DNA from: Raphidiopsis brookii D9
GTDB taxonomy: Bacteria; Cyanobacteriota; Cyanobacteriia; Cyanobacteriales; Nostocaceae
Reading direction: 5' to 3'
Length of the DNA: 16,538 nt
NCBI GenBank assembly: GCA_000175855.1
Contig: ACYB01000032.1
Span: 1 to 16,538 of the forward strand
The notes under the pieces are model-generated. The model did no database searches, was not told where the DNA came from, and was given only the letters and a program-made list of their open reading frames with translations. How positions within the stretch are numbered: position 1 is the stretch's first letter; each line of letters opens with the position of its first letter. Positions 1 through 9,409 of the stretch are shown here, one piece after another. A program made the translations under genes and the position numbers.

Positions 1-70
1 CTGGAAAAAAATGGTTCCCCATAATAAAGGTGGAGAATTTAGAAAATGGTATGGGAATCAACAATATGTT
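1..70 (+). pseudogene. pglX: Internal fragment of BREX-1 adenine-specific methyltransferase PglX (truncated remnant)
   Basis: Translation '(K)MVPHNKGGEFRKWYGNQQYV' matches the conserved PglX block 'KWFPYNKGGEFRKWYGN..YVVNW'. Similarity stops at about nt 70 and is followed almost directly by pglZ, so the remaining C-terminal part is absent. The gene may begin before the window. Confidence 0.65.
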
Positions 71-197
71 GGTGTAGCATATAAACACACCCGATTTAAA
101 GGACTAGTTTATGAGGGTAGCGATTTAAAAATGGCAGATTTAGAAAAAGCATCTCAGCGGAAAAAATATACCCTCGTTCACACCTCCTTACTTTTAG

Positions 198-2815
198 ATG
201 AACACCAGTCAAATTCAAACCTTACTCCAAAATTTATTTCAACAAGATTCCCGTTGGCCTCACACCCAAAGACGAATCATATTTTGGTATGACCCAGATG
301 GGCAATTTGTCAGTATTTTTGAGGAATTAGAAATAAATGATGTCAAAAAAATTCAACTGGGTGATACCCCATTTACACTTAAATATCGCCTCCTCATTGA
401 AGAACCTGAGCAAAATTTCTTACTTTATGCCCCTTTCCTCAACCGGAACCCCAAGAAAACTGGCTCTTAGATATCGAAAAAAGCAGTTTAACCTTCTCCG
501 CTGACCCAGCAGCTCTAATTTATGCTAACCTGGGTCTACGCGATCGCTTTTTAGAAGATACTATTCGCCAACATCTGAAAAAATTCTTTAATTGTAAAAA
601 GCGGATAAGTCATTTACAATCCATGTCTATCTCTCCCGATACGGAAGAAAGAGGACTAATATTGGCCATGCTTTCAGTTTTAGTCAATTTAAAAGTTCCC
701 GATGGTAATCTTTTAATCCGTGAAGTACTACTAAAAGGATTATTAGAGTCTGATAACCCTAGCTGGCACGATATTGTAACATTTGTTTCTGCCAAAGCTT
801 TTTGGGATGTGGTAGAAGAATGCACTGGCTTCTCATCTAACACTCCTAGCCTAACTAAGTTATTTACCCATCTGCTCATTACCCATTTTAGTATATCCTT
901 AAATACCCCATCCTCATTAACCCCAATTAAAGAATCACCATTAACCGAAAAAATAGCAGATAAAATTATCAAACCAGGACAACGAGCCTATTCATTCATA
1001 GACCAGTGGATGCGCGATGATAAACATCGGGAAGGTTGGCAAAAACTCAGTCAAGAAATTAGTGAACAATTACAAATATTTGACCTCATCGAAAATGAAC
1101 CACCGGAGATTCTATACACATCTGCCAGTTTTGAAGTAATAGACCAAGTGTTAATTCGTAGCTGTGTAAAAACCCTCCGCCCTGCTTTTGCACAAATCTC
1201 TCTCCCAGAAACTATACCCCTAGAAGTAAAATCCTGGAAACAATGGTTAAAACATCGTTCCCAGTTGATTTGGTACTCTAAATACAAATATGTTTATCAA
1301 TCTCTAGAAGCAGCGATCGCACTTTGGGAAATACAACAACAATATCCAAAAGGATTTGACTCAACTACCAAACCTCTATTTCAAGAATACGCGGAGTACT
1401 TATATAAATTCGACCAAGAATATCGCCACTTCGTTTTAGCCAGCACCCAATCTTTCGGGGATATTATTAAACAACTAATGGAAGATATAGACAAATTTTA
1501 TACCCAATGGTTTTTAGAAAATCTCGGTTCATCCTGGTCTAATGTTCTCAGCAAGAATAGCAATTGGGAACTAACTGATATTCCCCCCCAACAGAGATTC
1601 TTTCGTAGATATGTATTGCCCATTCTGCAACGAAATAATAAAGAAAGAGTATTTGTAATTATTTCTGATGCTTTTCGCTATGAAGTAGCCAAAGAACTGG
1701 TAGAAATAATCCAACAAAATTTACTAGGAGAAATCCAAATAGAACCAGTTTTCGGTGTTTTACCCAGTATTACCCGTCTGGGAATGGCAGCCCTTTTACC
1801 GGGATCTAAGTTAGAATTAATACAAAATAGTGAGGATGTCTTAGTAGATAGCATGAGTACGAAAAGCAGTAAGACTAGGGAAAACGTACTAAATCAAAAT
1901 GGGTCCGTGCCAGCAAAAGTCATAGAAGCCAAAGAGCTATTAACAGAGACTACGGAAAAAGCCAAAAAAATAGTGCAACCCAACAGACTAATTTATATAT
2001 ATCACAATGTAATTGATGCCATTGGGGACCAATCATCTAGTGAATCTCATGTTTTTTCGGCTTGTCAAACAGCCATTGAGGAACTGTTAAGACTAGTCAA
2101 AAAGATTTGTAATTCCCTGAATGGAAAAAACGTTATTATCACAGCAGACCATGGATTCTTATATCAAAGACCCGGGCTTGAACCAAGAGATAAACTAAAT
2201 ATACCATGGGAGCAATGTATCTTAGAGAGCAAACGTCGTTATCTACTAACAAGCAAACAAATTAATGATAATACCCTACTCAACTTTAAACTCCCTTATA
2301 TTAAAGAAGAAGTATTTGCAGCAGTTCCGCGAGGGACATTAAGATTTGCAGTGCAGGGAGGAGGATCAAGATTTGTTCATGGAGGAGCTTCCCTGCAGGA
2401 AGTTTGCGTCCCCGTAATCTGTTATCAGCAAAAATCAGTCAAAGGTGACCAAGGACTACCGCGCAAAGTAGAAGTGGAAACAATTAGCACCAACAAAAGA
2501 GTTAGCAATAACCGATTTACGGTCAGAATCCTACAAAATAAGCCAGTACAAGGAAGATGGCGTCCTCGTAAGATTACAGTTGCCATGTATGACATTCAAA
2601 GTAATATTCAAATTACAGATGAGTGCACCACCAACCTGGATAGGACCAGTCAGCATATCAAAGAGCGAGAAATGGAGATAAGATTAATGATAAACACAAG
2701 CGTTCCACCCACGGAAGGCTACTTAATTATCAAAGACCAAGAAGACCAAACTGAACTGGTCAAAGAAAAATGGAGAATCAGTCTCGGAATTGCTAATGAT
2801 TTTGGCGACTTTTAA
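198..2815 (+). CDS. pglZ: BREX-1 system phosphatase PglZ (type A), interrupted by an apparent -1 frameshift near nt 440-450
   Basis: ORF 198-470 gives a PglZ-like N-terminus (IIFWYDPDGQF...NRNP). The frame then changes to frame 2, open from about nt 446 (EPQENWLLDIEKSSLTFSADPAALIYANLGL...) into ORF 623-2815. PglZ motifs include VFVIISDAFRYEVAKEL, IYIYHNVIDAIGD, NVIITADHGFLYQ and PRGTLRFAVQGGGSRFVHGGASLQEVCVP. Position between pglX and brxL agrees. Confidence 0.88.
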
Positions 2816-2838
2816 TCAACCTCACCCAGCTCCCCCCC

Positions 2839-4857
2839 ATGCACGACCTCAATCACAAACTTAATACCCATTATCCTGGAAAAGTTGTACGCAAGGATTT
2901 AACTAAGCGCATTAAGGAAGGTGCTAATGTACCCGTTTATGTGTTGGAATATTTATTGGGTATGTACTGTGCTACCGAAGATGAAACCACAATTGAGGAA
3001 GGGCTAGAGCGAGTAAAAAAGATTCTTGCCCAAAACTATGTACGTCCAGATGAAGCAGAACTAGTAAAGTCTAAAATTAGAGAGTTAGGGCGTTTTACAG
3101 TTATAGATCAAGTTAGCGTCACATTAAATGAAAAGAATGATATTTACCAGGGGACATTAACCAATCTAGGGATAAAAAACCTAGTCATAGATCCAGAGAT
3201 TGTCAAAACCAACTCCAAATTATTGGGTAGTGGAATTTGGTGCATTTTGCAACTAGAGTATGAAGCAGGAGCAAAACCGAGTCCTTTTATTGTAGCCAGT
3301 TTAAAACCGGTGCAAATGCCTACCATAGACATGGAGGAACTATTTAATACCCGTTCAGCCTTTACCCGTAGTGAATGGATTGATATTCTAATCAGATCCA
3401 CAGGAATTGAGCCAACTACCCTCAAAGAAGAAGTAAAATGGCACTTACTAGCTAGATTGATACCGTTGTGCGAGAACAACTATAATAGTTGTGAACTAGG
3501 ACCTCGCTCCACAGGTAAATCTCATGTCTATAAAGAAGTTTCCCCCAATTCCATCCTAATTTCCGGAGGTAAAACCACAGTAGCCAACTTGTTTTATAAT
3601 ATGTCCACCCGTCGAATTGGACTAGTGGGTTTATTTGACGTAGTAGCTTTTGATGAAGTTGCGGGAATCAGCTTTCATGATAATGATGGCGTGCAGATCA
3701 TGAAAGATTATATGGCATCTGGCTCTTTCGCACGAGGAAAAGCGGAAATTAGTGCCAATGCTTCTATGGTATTTGTGGGTAACATTGATCATAGTGTAGA
3801 ATCCCTAGTTAAAACATCCCATCTGCTGGCACCTTTTCCTCAAGCGATGATAGACACGGCATTTTTTGACCGATTTCACGCCTATATACCAGGGTGGGAA
3901 GTGCCTAAATTTAGTCCGGAGAACTTTACCAATCAATATGGTTTTATAGTAGATTATTTAGCTGAATGGCTGCGGGAAATGCGTAAACGTAGCTTTGCTG
4001 ATGTCTTAGATAAATACTTTCGTCTTGGTAATAATCTAAAACAAAGGGATGTGCAAGCCGTGCGCAAAACCGTATCAGGGATGCTAAAACTGCTATTTCC
4101 CGATGGCTCATTTAGTAAAGAAGATGTACGAGATGCCCTAATTTACGCACTAAGAGTTAGAAGACGGGTCAAAGAACAGCTGAAAAAAATTGGAGGGATG
4201 GAATTTTATGATGTGCATTTCAGTTATTTTGACCTAGAAACCATGGACGAGCACTTCGTGTCAGTACCAGAACAGGGAGGATCTAGCCTAATCAGTCAAG
4301 ATATTTTATCCCCTGGTCATTTACACTTTATTGGTTCTGGAGAGACTAGTATTATTGGCACCTTCAAACTAGAATTGCAAGTAGTTCCCGGGAACGGAAA
4401 AGCCATGCGCACCGGAATGGCTAATAATGCCAAAATCAGGGACAGTTTTAACATTGCCATGAACTACTTTAAAGCTAACAGTCAAAGAATTAGCGGGAGT
4501 ATTCAACCTGGAAACTGGGATTTTTTAGTACAATTGTTGGATTTACAGGGGACAGGTACTCCTCAAGAAAGCAGTTTAGCATTATTTATTTCTTTATGCT
4601 CTGCTGCACTGAAACGTACTGTGCAAGTACAACTAGTAGTGCTTGGGGATATGACCCTAGGGGGTACAATTAGTCCAGTTAGTAACTTAGCTGGCAGTTT
4701 ACAAGTAGCATTTGATGCTGGTGCCAGACGTATTCTTTTACCAATGAGCAGCGCAGTAGATATAGTCAGTGTTCCCCCGGAATTATTTGCCAAATTTCAA
4801 ACTTCTTTTTACACAGATCCAGTAGATGCGGTGTTTAAAGCCCTTGCCATTACTTAG
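2839..4857 (+). CDS. brxL: BREX system Lon protease-like protein BrxL
   Basis: 672 aa intact ORF, 23 bp after pglZ. N-terminus MHDLNHKLNTHYPGKVVRKDLTKRIKEGANVPVYVLEYLLGMYCA, Walker A-like GPRSTGKSH, VVAFDEVAG, and C-terminal Lon-like region (GSGETSIIGTFKLELQVVPGNGKAMRTG; GDMTLGGTISPVSNLAGSLQVAFDAGARRILLPMSSAVDI). Confidence 0.92.
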   Translation: MHDLNHKLNTHYPGKVVRKDLTKRIKEGANVPVYVLEYLLGMYCATEDETTIEEGLERVKKILAQNYVRPDEAELVKSKIRELGRFTVIDQVSVTLNEKNDIYQGTLTNLGIKNLVIDPEIVKTNSKLLGSGIWCILQLEYEAGAKPSPFIVASLKPVQMPTIDMEELFNTRSAFTRSEWIDILIRSTGIEPTTLKEEVKWHLLARLIPLCENNYNSCELGPRSTGKSHVYKEVSPNSILISGGKTTVANLFYNMSTRRIGLVGLFDVVAFDEVAGISFHDNDGVQIMKDYMASGSFARGKAEISANASMVFVGNIDHSVESLVKTSHLLAPFPQAMIDTAFFDRFHAYIPGWEVPKFSPENFTNQYGFIVDYLAEWLREMRKRSFADVLDKYFRLGNNLKQRDVQAVRKTVSGMLKLLFPDGSFSKEDVRDALIYALRVRRRVKEQLKKIGGMEFYDVHFSYFDLETMDEHFVSVPEQGGSSLISQDILSPGHLHFIGSGETSIIGTFKLELQVVPGNGKAMRTGMANNAKIRDSFNIAMNYFKANSQRISGSIQPGNWDFLVQLLDLQGTGTPQESSLALFISLCSAALKRTVQVQLVVLGDMTLGGTISPVSNLAGSLQVAFDAGARRILLPMSSAVDIVSVPPELFAKFQTSFYTDPVDAVFKALAIT

Positions 4858-5012
4858 ATTACTACCTACTTATTTTATATTACTTGATAACTTTTACTCA
4901 TGCTTGACAGGCCTATAGCCCAATTTTCCGACGTATTTTTATTCTGGCAATTTTGCCTTCGTTATTTACTTTTGGATTGATTACTCTTGTCTTATCAGTT
5001 TAAATTAAATTT

Positions 5013-5133
5013 AGTCCAGATGTGTTTGTGGCTGTAGAATAAGAAAGACTTCTGAAAGAGCAGGAAAAATAAAGTATAAAACCTTGCTATCACAATTAAA
5101 AGCTAAGGGTACTGATATTAATGCAGTTGAATA
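5013..5133 (+). pseudogene. Possible decayed C-terminal remnant of a Uma2-like protein
   Basis: Frame 'SPDVFVAVE*' at 5013-5042, then in another frame '...YKTLLSQLKAKGTDINAVE*' ending at 5133. Both resemble C-terminal pieces of cyanobacterial Uma2-family proteins. Short and broken. Confidence 0.25.
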
Positions 5134-5500
5134 AACTGTTACCTGCACTATAAAACCTTAGGAGGGGGGTTTTTAAAAACTGGAGTTTAGACTAAAAAAG
5201 GTGCAACGCCCAATTTTTTGATAACCTTAGAAAATTACCTCCCAGGAAAGCTTTTAGTGACTTCCGTGAAAAAGACTAAAACTCAATCCTGGTAAGGCTG
5301 TCAGCGGTTTTCTTATTGAATCCCAACAGGTCTAATCTAGTGTTATTTGGCTAAAATTTCAGAAAATAGGAGGAATTTGTGAATTAATGGAACCTTCTGA
5401 TCAGGAGAAAGTTTGCCACCAAGCATTTCTGACAGGCGATCGCTATTATAAACAAAGCGGGTGTATTTTAGTATCTCAACAGTGTATCTATTAAATACCA

Positions 5501-5935
5501 TCAATCCTGATGAGATACAAAAGCATTTATTTTGTAGTCATTAAGCATCTCATTTAAGAGTTGATGCACTTTGTACATAACACTTACCTCTTCTAAGGAC
5601 TTAAATGATTGATCAGAAACAAAATTTAAGCAATCTAAAACTTTAGTTTTCCAACTATCTTTATCTGTCGTGTCCCACGCTTCGAAGACGTCTGTTTCTT
5701 TCAAACCAAGTAATTTATGAAATAATTCATTTCTTTTATCTCGTACTTTTTTACCTGTTTCTCCCACAAATATACTCATAATATTACCTTCGACTTCACA
5801 TTCTGGTTTTGCCTCTTTTAACAAGTTAAAAGGGAATGTTTCGTTGTTTTTTTTGTTAACTTGGCAGAACTTCTTTAATAGTTTGCTCCTTAACTTTGGG
5901 CCAGCCCTTTTCTGGGTAGTCAATATACGTTTCAT
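5501..5935 (-). CDS. HEPN RNase-like C-terminal part of the CARF/HEPN (Csm6/Csx1-like) effector, out of frame with the upstream CARF ORF
   Basis: Contains RDKRNELFHK (5717-5734 covers R-N-E-L-F-H), matching the HEPN Rx4-6H motif. It follows the CARF ORF with an 80 bp overlap in the +1 frame. Confidence 0.65.
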   Translation of the reverse strand: MKRILTTQKRAGPKLRSKLLKKFCQVNKKNNETFPFNLLKEAKPECEVEGNIMSIFVGETGKKVRDKRNELFHKLLGLKETDVFEAWDTTDKDSWKTKVLDCLNFVSDQSFKSLEEVSVMYKVHQLLNEMLNDYKINAFVSHQD

Positions 5936-6998
5936 ACTTTTCTTTAGCCCACATACGAATTAGACCTTCTACTGCTCTGAAACTGTGAAACATTGCTTCC
6001 ACCGTGTTTCCCTGTTCTATTCTAATTACAGCCAAATAGGCAGCTTCATATCCAAGCTGCCACCAATCATTTGAACGTTCTTTTGCTACATCGCTTAGGT
6101 TTGTTAATTTATACAAATCTAAATCCTCTAGAAATTTATCAAATTTAGCGCAATTCCACTGAGTAGCTATCTCCAGTAGCTTCAGTAATTCTTCGAGGTT
6201 TTCTCCTTGTGGGTTAGAAACTTTTAGATCATGCAATAAACTGTTCAATCCTGAATAGTCAAAACGTTGGAGTAATCTTTTTGCCTCTTGTAGTTGAATA
6301 CCTCGTAAATAATTGGAGCTGCTAATAAATATTGTATTTTCTGGTTCATATTCATTTGAAACCAGAAACTTCACTTTCTTACCAAATTTAGCTAAGGTCA
6401 CAAATTGAATTGCAGATGAAATTGCCGGGATACCCGCTTGATGGCTAACGTATACATTATCTATATCATCCAGGGAGTTAAACTCCAACTCTAATAGCTT
6501 TGTTTGAACTAAACTCAATGATTGATCCCAATTATCTAAACTTTGAGTTTTTGATTCTGGCTGAAGCTCTACATATTCTAACTCTCTCACATCGGGAAAC
6601 TTACTTTTTAAATACTTGTCGAGTATTGGTTTCAAGGTACAAGTATCTTTCCAGTATGGACTTCTTTCATTTATATTATAACCTTTATAAGCAAACTTCT
6701 GATCTGTTAAAATGACAATAATTCTGTGAGGTAATTTTTCATCTTGTAGTTTCTCCGAGAAAATTTTTAACATGGGAAAATGTAAGCCCTGATAGTTCTC
6801 ATCGTTTAATTGATTACCAATAACTATGCCCATCACTCTTGCAGGAACTGTAAAAAGATCCTCACCCTCCAGTTTTTTGGGTTCAAATAAGATGTCTGTT
6901 TCTAAATCAATTCCTGAGCCTAGCAAGTATTTATTCCATTGGTCTATATTCCCTAGCTTAATGTCGCTGTTGCCAATAGTTACAATCCAGATATTCAT
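5856..6998 (-). CDS. CARF-domain CRISPR ancillary protein, N-terminal part (Csm6/Csx1-like)
   Basis: 380 aa. N-terminal MNIWIVTIGNSDIKL strand and 'NVYVSHQAGIPAISSAIQFVTLAKFGKKVKFLV', which resembles the CARF nucleotide-binding region. HEPN-like helical region follows (FHSFRAVEGLIRMWAKEKY). Located downstream of type III genes. Confidence 0.72.
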   Translation of the reverse strand: MNIWIVTIGNSDIKLGNIDQWNKYLLGSGIDLETDILFEPKKLEGEDLFTVPARVMGIVIGNQLNDENYQGLHFPMLKIFSEKLQDEKLPHRIIVILTDQKFAYKGYNINERSPYWKDTCTLKPILDKYLKSKFPDVRELEYVELQPESKTQSLDNWDQSLSLVQTKLLELEFNSLDDIDNVYVSHQAGIPAISSAIQFVTLAKFGKKVKFLVSNEYEPENTIFISSSNYLRGIQLQEAKRLLQRFDYSGLNSLLHDLKVSNPQGENLEELLKLLEIATQWNCAKFDKFLEDLDLYKLTNLSDVAKERSNDWWQLGYEAAYLAVIRIEQGNTVEAMFHSFRAVEGLIRMWAKEKYETYIDYPEKGWPKVKEQTIKEVLPS

Positions 6999-7134
6999 GA
7001 TTTACACCTAAGTTTTTGTTACCTCTAAAGTATAACTGAGAAAATACAGTTTTGCTCAAAAATTATTGGTTTTTGATTTTTTAAACCTCACTCTTCAAGA
7101 TTGGTCAATTTGGTACAAAACCAAAAGTACTTAA

Positions 7135-8916
7135 TTATGGATTATTTCCCCAAAGTCTTTCAAAGTTTCCTTTACCCTGTAAGGTTTTATCTTCTAAAAA
7201 CTTCAAAAATTTTTCTGTTGTGCAATCCGGATTATTTGAAAGATAAACAGTTAGTAGTTCTACATATTTTTTACTCTTGGCATCAGTTTTGTCAATCATC
7301 TCCTTTTGATTGATAACTTCGTAAAGAGGATACATTCTATGCCAAATTCTACCAACCTTGCTAGGATTTTGGGCATTACCAACATATCCAGTCAACTTGG
7401 TTCTTTTAATAAAGTTATCTTTATGGAACCATGGAAGAGCCATACTATCGTTTTTACTATTTGCAACTCTACCCCAAACCTGGACCTTATCAGGATGCCA
7501 AATTTCTCGCCAACTTTCTGTATAAGTATCTGTAGATGGAAGGTTGAAGCAATCTCGTACTTTGTCGGAAATACCGGATAAGAAATCCTTAATATTGGTC
7601 AATTCACCTCCGGGAGCTGTAATACAATATTCTGCTGATTCATTAGGATTACTGAATGACCAATGACAACCAATCATTGGTTTCTTTGTATTATGAAAGT
7701 ATGATGGATAAAATAGATCATGATCGACTCTACGCCACGATCTACCAAAACCGCCCAGCAGTAAAGAAAATTTAACTAAAAGAATTAAAAATTCTCTTTC
7801 TTTTTCATCTCTTTGCCCTTGACGGTACTGTTCAAAAATATTTATTTTACCCGAATTTAATTTATATTTATGTTTTTTTATAAATTCAAGTTGTTCCCTT
7901 TCAAAATTAACACTAAATCTCCCGACAATTGAACCTTGTTCTGTTTGATTTTGTATGAATCCACCCCATAGTTTATTCGTTAATTCTCTGGTCTTTTCTT
8001 CATTTGTTACCCCTGCTAATAAGCGTAAAGTATGTCCCCTCAAAGCAGCTTTAAACATATTAGGACGGAATTCTTTTGATCCATCTAATAAAGTAGAACT
8101 TATTCCTTGTCCATCAAGTTTTACTGAAATAACTGGTGCTATAGATAGGTTCTGAGTAGCTGCATCTTTAGACTTACTAAAATATCCATAGCCTGCACTA
8201 GTTCTTGAGCCAATTCCCTGGGATAATGCTTGTTCCCAAATTTTTTCTACCAGATCCCAGTCTATATTGACATGAGTGCTATTTTTAATTGCAGAAATAC
8301 CAAATCTAAAGATAGTTTTGTACAGCGATATTTGTACATTTGCACTGCTCCTAGAATCTCGTTCAACCTGACGTTCCTGTTGAGAATGAACAATATCAAG
8401 TAACCTTTCGCGGTTTGCCCAGGACATATCTATAGGATAACCACCATGAAAACGTAAAATACCCGGTTTAGTCCTTTTGTATTTTTTTCCATCAATGATT
8501 TCTTCTACTTCTCCACCACAATAATCCTGGACCTTATCAGAAGCAATTTGTTGACAGGCACGTAAAAATGCACCTTTCATGCTGCTACCCGGGTAGTGGG
8601 GTATACCTTTGGCACCAATGACAGGTCGAATTATCCCTTCATCTTGTCCGGAATTTGTTACAAAACGCCAATTTTGAGTATATTCCCAAGTATGTACATC
8701 AGGACCAAATTGAGGTATTTTTATTTCAGATTGAGGTTTTTTTCGCTTCCATAATGGAACACCCTCATCTGGTGGTTGGGGAATAGGAGGGCATCCTTCT
8801 AGCCATTCTTCCAACCATTTTGATGCGGTTTGTGATTTTTTCCCAACATATTGAATCTTTCCCCTCTTTTCAATTTGGCTTTGATACATTAAAGGTACTA
8901 AATTACTATCACTCAT
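7135..8916 (-). CDS. Large type III-B RAMP protein, probable fusion of a Cmr6-like and a second (Cmr1-like) RAMP domain
   Basis: 593 aa. First domain has GIPHYPGSSMKGAFLRA and the Gly-rich QGIGSRTSAGYGYF. Second domain has FRPNMFKAALRGHTLRLLAG...KLWGGF..Q..QGSIVGRF and LLVKFSLLLGGFGRSWRR. Located at the end of the cmr gene set. Confidence 0.75.
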   Translation of the reverse strand: MSDSNLVPLMYQSQIEKRGKIQYVGKKSQTASKWLEEWLEGCPPIPQPPDEGVPLWKRKKPQSEIKIPQFGPDVHTWEYTQNWRFVTNSGQDEGIIRPVIGAKGIPHYPGSSMKGAFLRACQQIASDKVQDYCGGEVEEIIDGKKYKRTKPGILRFHGGYPIDMSWANRERLLDIVHSQQERQVERDSRSSANVQISLYKTIFRFGISAIKNSTHVNIDWDLVEKIWEQALSQGIGSRTSAGYGYFSKSKDAATQNLSIAPVISVKLDGQGISSTLLDGSKEFRPNMFKAALRGHTLRLLAGVTNEEKTRELTNKLWGGFIQNQTEQGSIVGRFSVNFEREQLEFIKKHKYKLNSGKINIFEQYRQGQRDEKEREFLILLVKFSLLLGGFGRSWRRVDHDLFYPSYFHNTKKPMIGCHWSFSNPNESAEYCITAPGGELTNIKDFLSGISDKVRDCFNLPSTDTYTESWREIWHPDKVQVWGRVANSKNDSMALPWFHKDNFIKRTKLTGYVGNAQNPSKVGRIWHRMYPLYEVINQKEMIDKTDAKSKKYVELLTVYLSNNPDCTTEKFLKFLEDKTLQGKGNFERLWGNNP

Positions 8917-8998
8917 TTTTGGTTTATCCTTTCCTTAATGTTATGAATTTTTTTACTGCGATATGGGCTATCTTCTCTACAAGAAATGATAAATATCT

Positions 8999-9385
8999 CT
9001 ACTCATCGCCGTTTCTTGAATCACCTCGGGTAGGTTTATATCTTTGAGTCCACCACACCATGCAATCACACAGTTGTGTTAGTATCACTAGTGTAACCTT
9101 GCGATATTCCAAAGGAAATATTGCTGAATCCCACAGCCCTTCAGGAGTATCAGGAACAGTAATATCAGCTTGCTGCATAATTTCGACTAGTTCATTCCAG
9201 GTAGCCCGCCAGTACTTAGATTTTTCACCTTCTAAACGTAGCTGTTCCCCCCAGAATCTCTCCAATCCATAGGGAACAGTAGCACGCATTTTATGAACCT
9301 GGTTAACTGTTTCTCTGTCTTCATTTCGGTACTCACAAACCAGACTGTGAGCAATTTTATCTAAACTCAAATCTTTCCAAGTCAT
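8999..9385 (-). CDS. cmr5: Cmr5-like small subunit of the type III-B effector complex
   Basis: 128 aa, mostly helical-looking and acidic/basic, located between Cmr4 and the large RAMP gene where the small subunit is expected. Sequence signature is weak. Confidence 0.6.
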   Translation of the reverse strand: MTWKDLSLDKIAHSLVCEYRNEDRETVNQVHKMRATVPYGLERFWGEQLRLEGEKSKYWRATWNELVEIMQQADITVPDTPEGLWDSAIFPLEYRKVTLVILTQLCDCMVWWTQRYKPTRGDSRNGDE

Positions 9386-9409
9386 ATTTCTATCCTTAAC
9401 AATAACTAA

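Noticed and set aside
198-292. Downstream part of ORF 11-292 as a genuine protein end
   Set aside because: Overlaps the pglZ N-terminus in another frame; only the first 20 or so residues resemble PglX.
610-1287. Antisense ORFs 610-972 and 1051-1287 (- strand)
   Set aside because: They lie opposite conserved pglZ coding sequence and show no recognisable motif; treated as chance ORFs.
3144-4793. Antisense ORFs 3144-3479 and 4563-4793 (- strand)
   Set aside because: Both are fully opposite the conserved brxL sequence and have low-information translations.
4858-5500. CRISPR array or leader in the BREX-CRISPR gap
   Set aside because: No regularly spaced repeat of 28-40 nt is visible, and no typical cyanobacterial repeat ending such as GATTGAAAC was noted.
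5847-5854. A8/T8 homopolymer as a slippage site joining CARF and HEPN frames
   Set aside because: It lies beyond the UAA stop (5856-5858) of the CARF ORF in the reading direction, so slippage there could not restore the fusion; the shift must occur within 5856-5935.
6500-8155. Plus-strand ORFs 6500-6715, 6826-7011, 7101-7313, 7306-7581, 7955-8155
   Set aside because: All oppose or mostly oppose well-supported minus-strand CARF or RAMP genes and have no family signature.
8820-9272. Plus-strand ORFs 8820-9047 and 9060-9272
   Set aside because: Antisense to the RAMP and Cmr5-like genes; no supporting motif.
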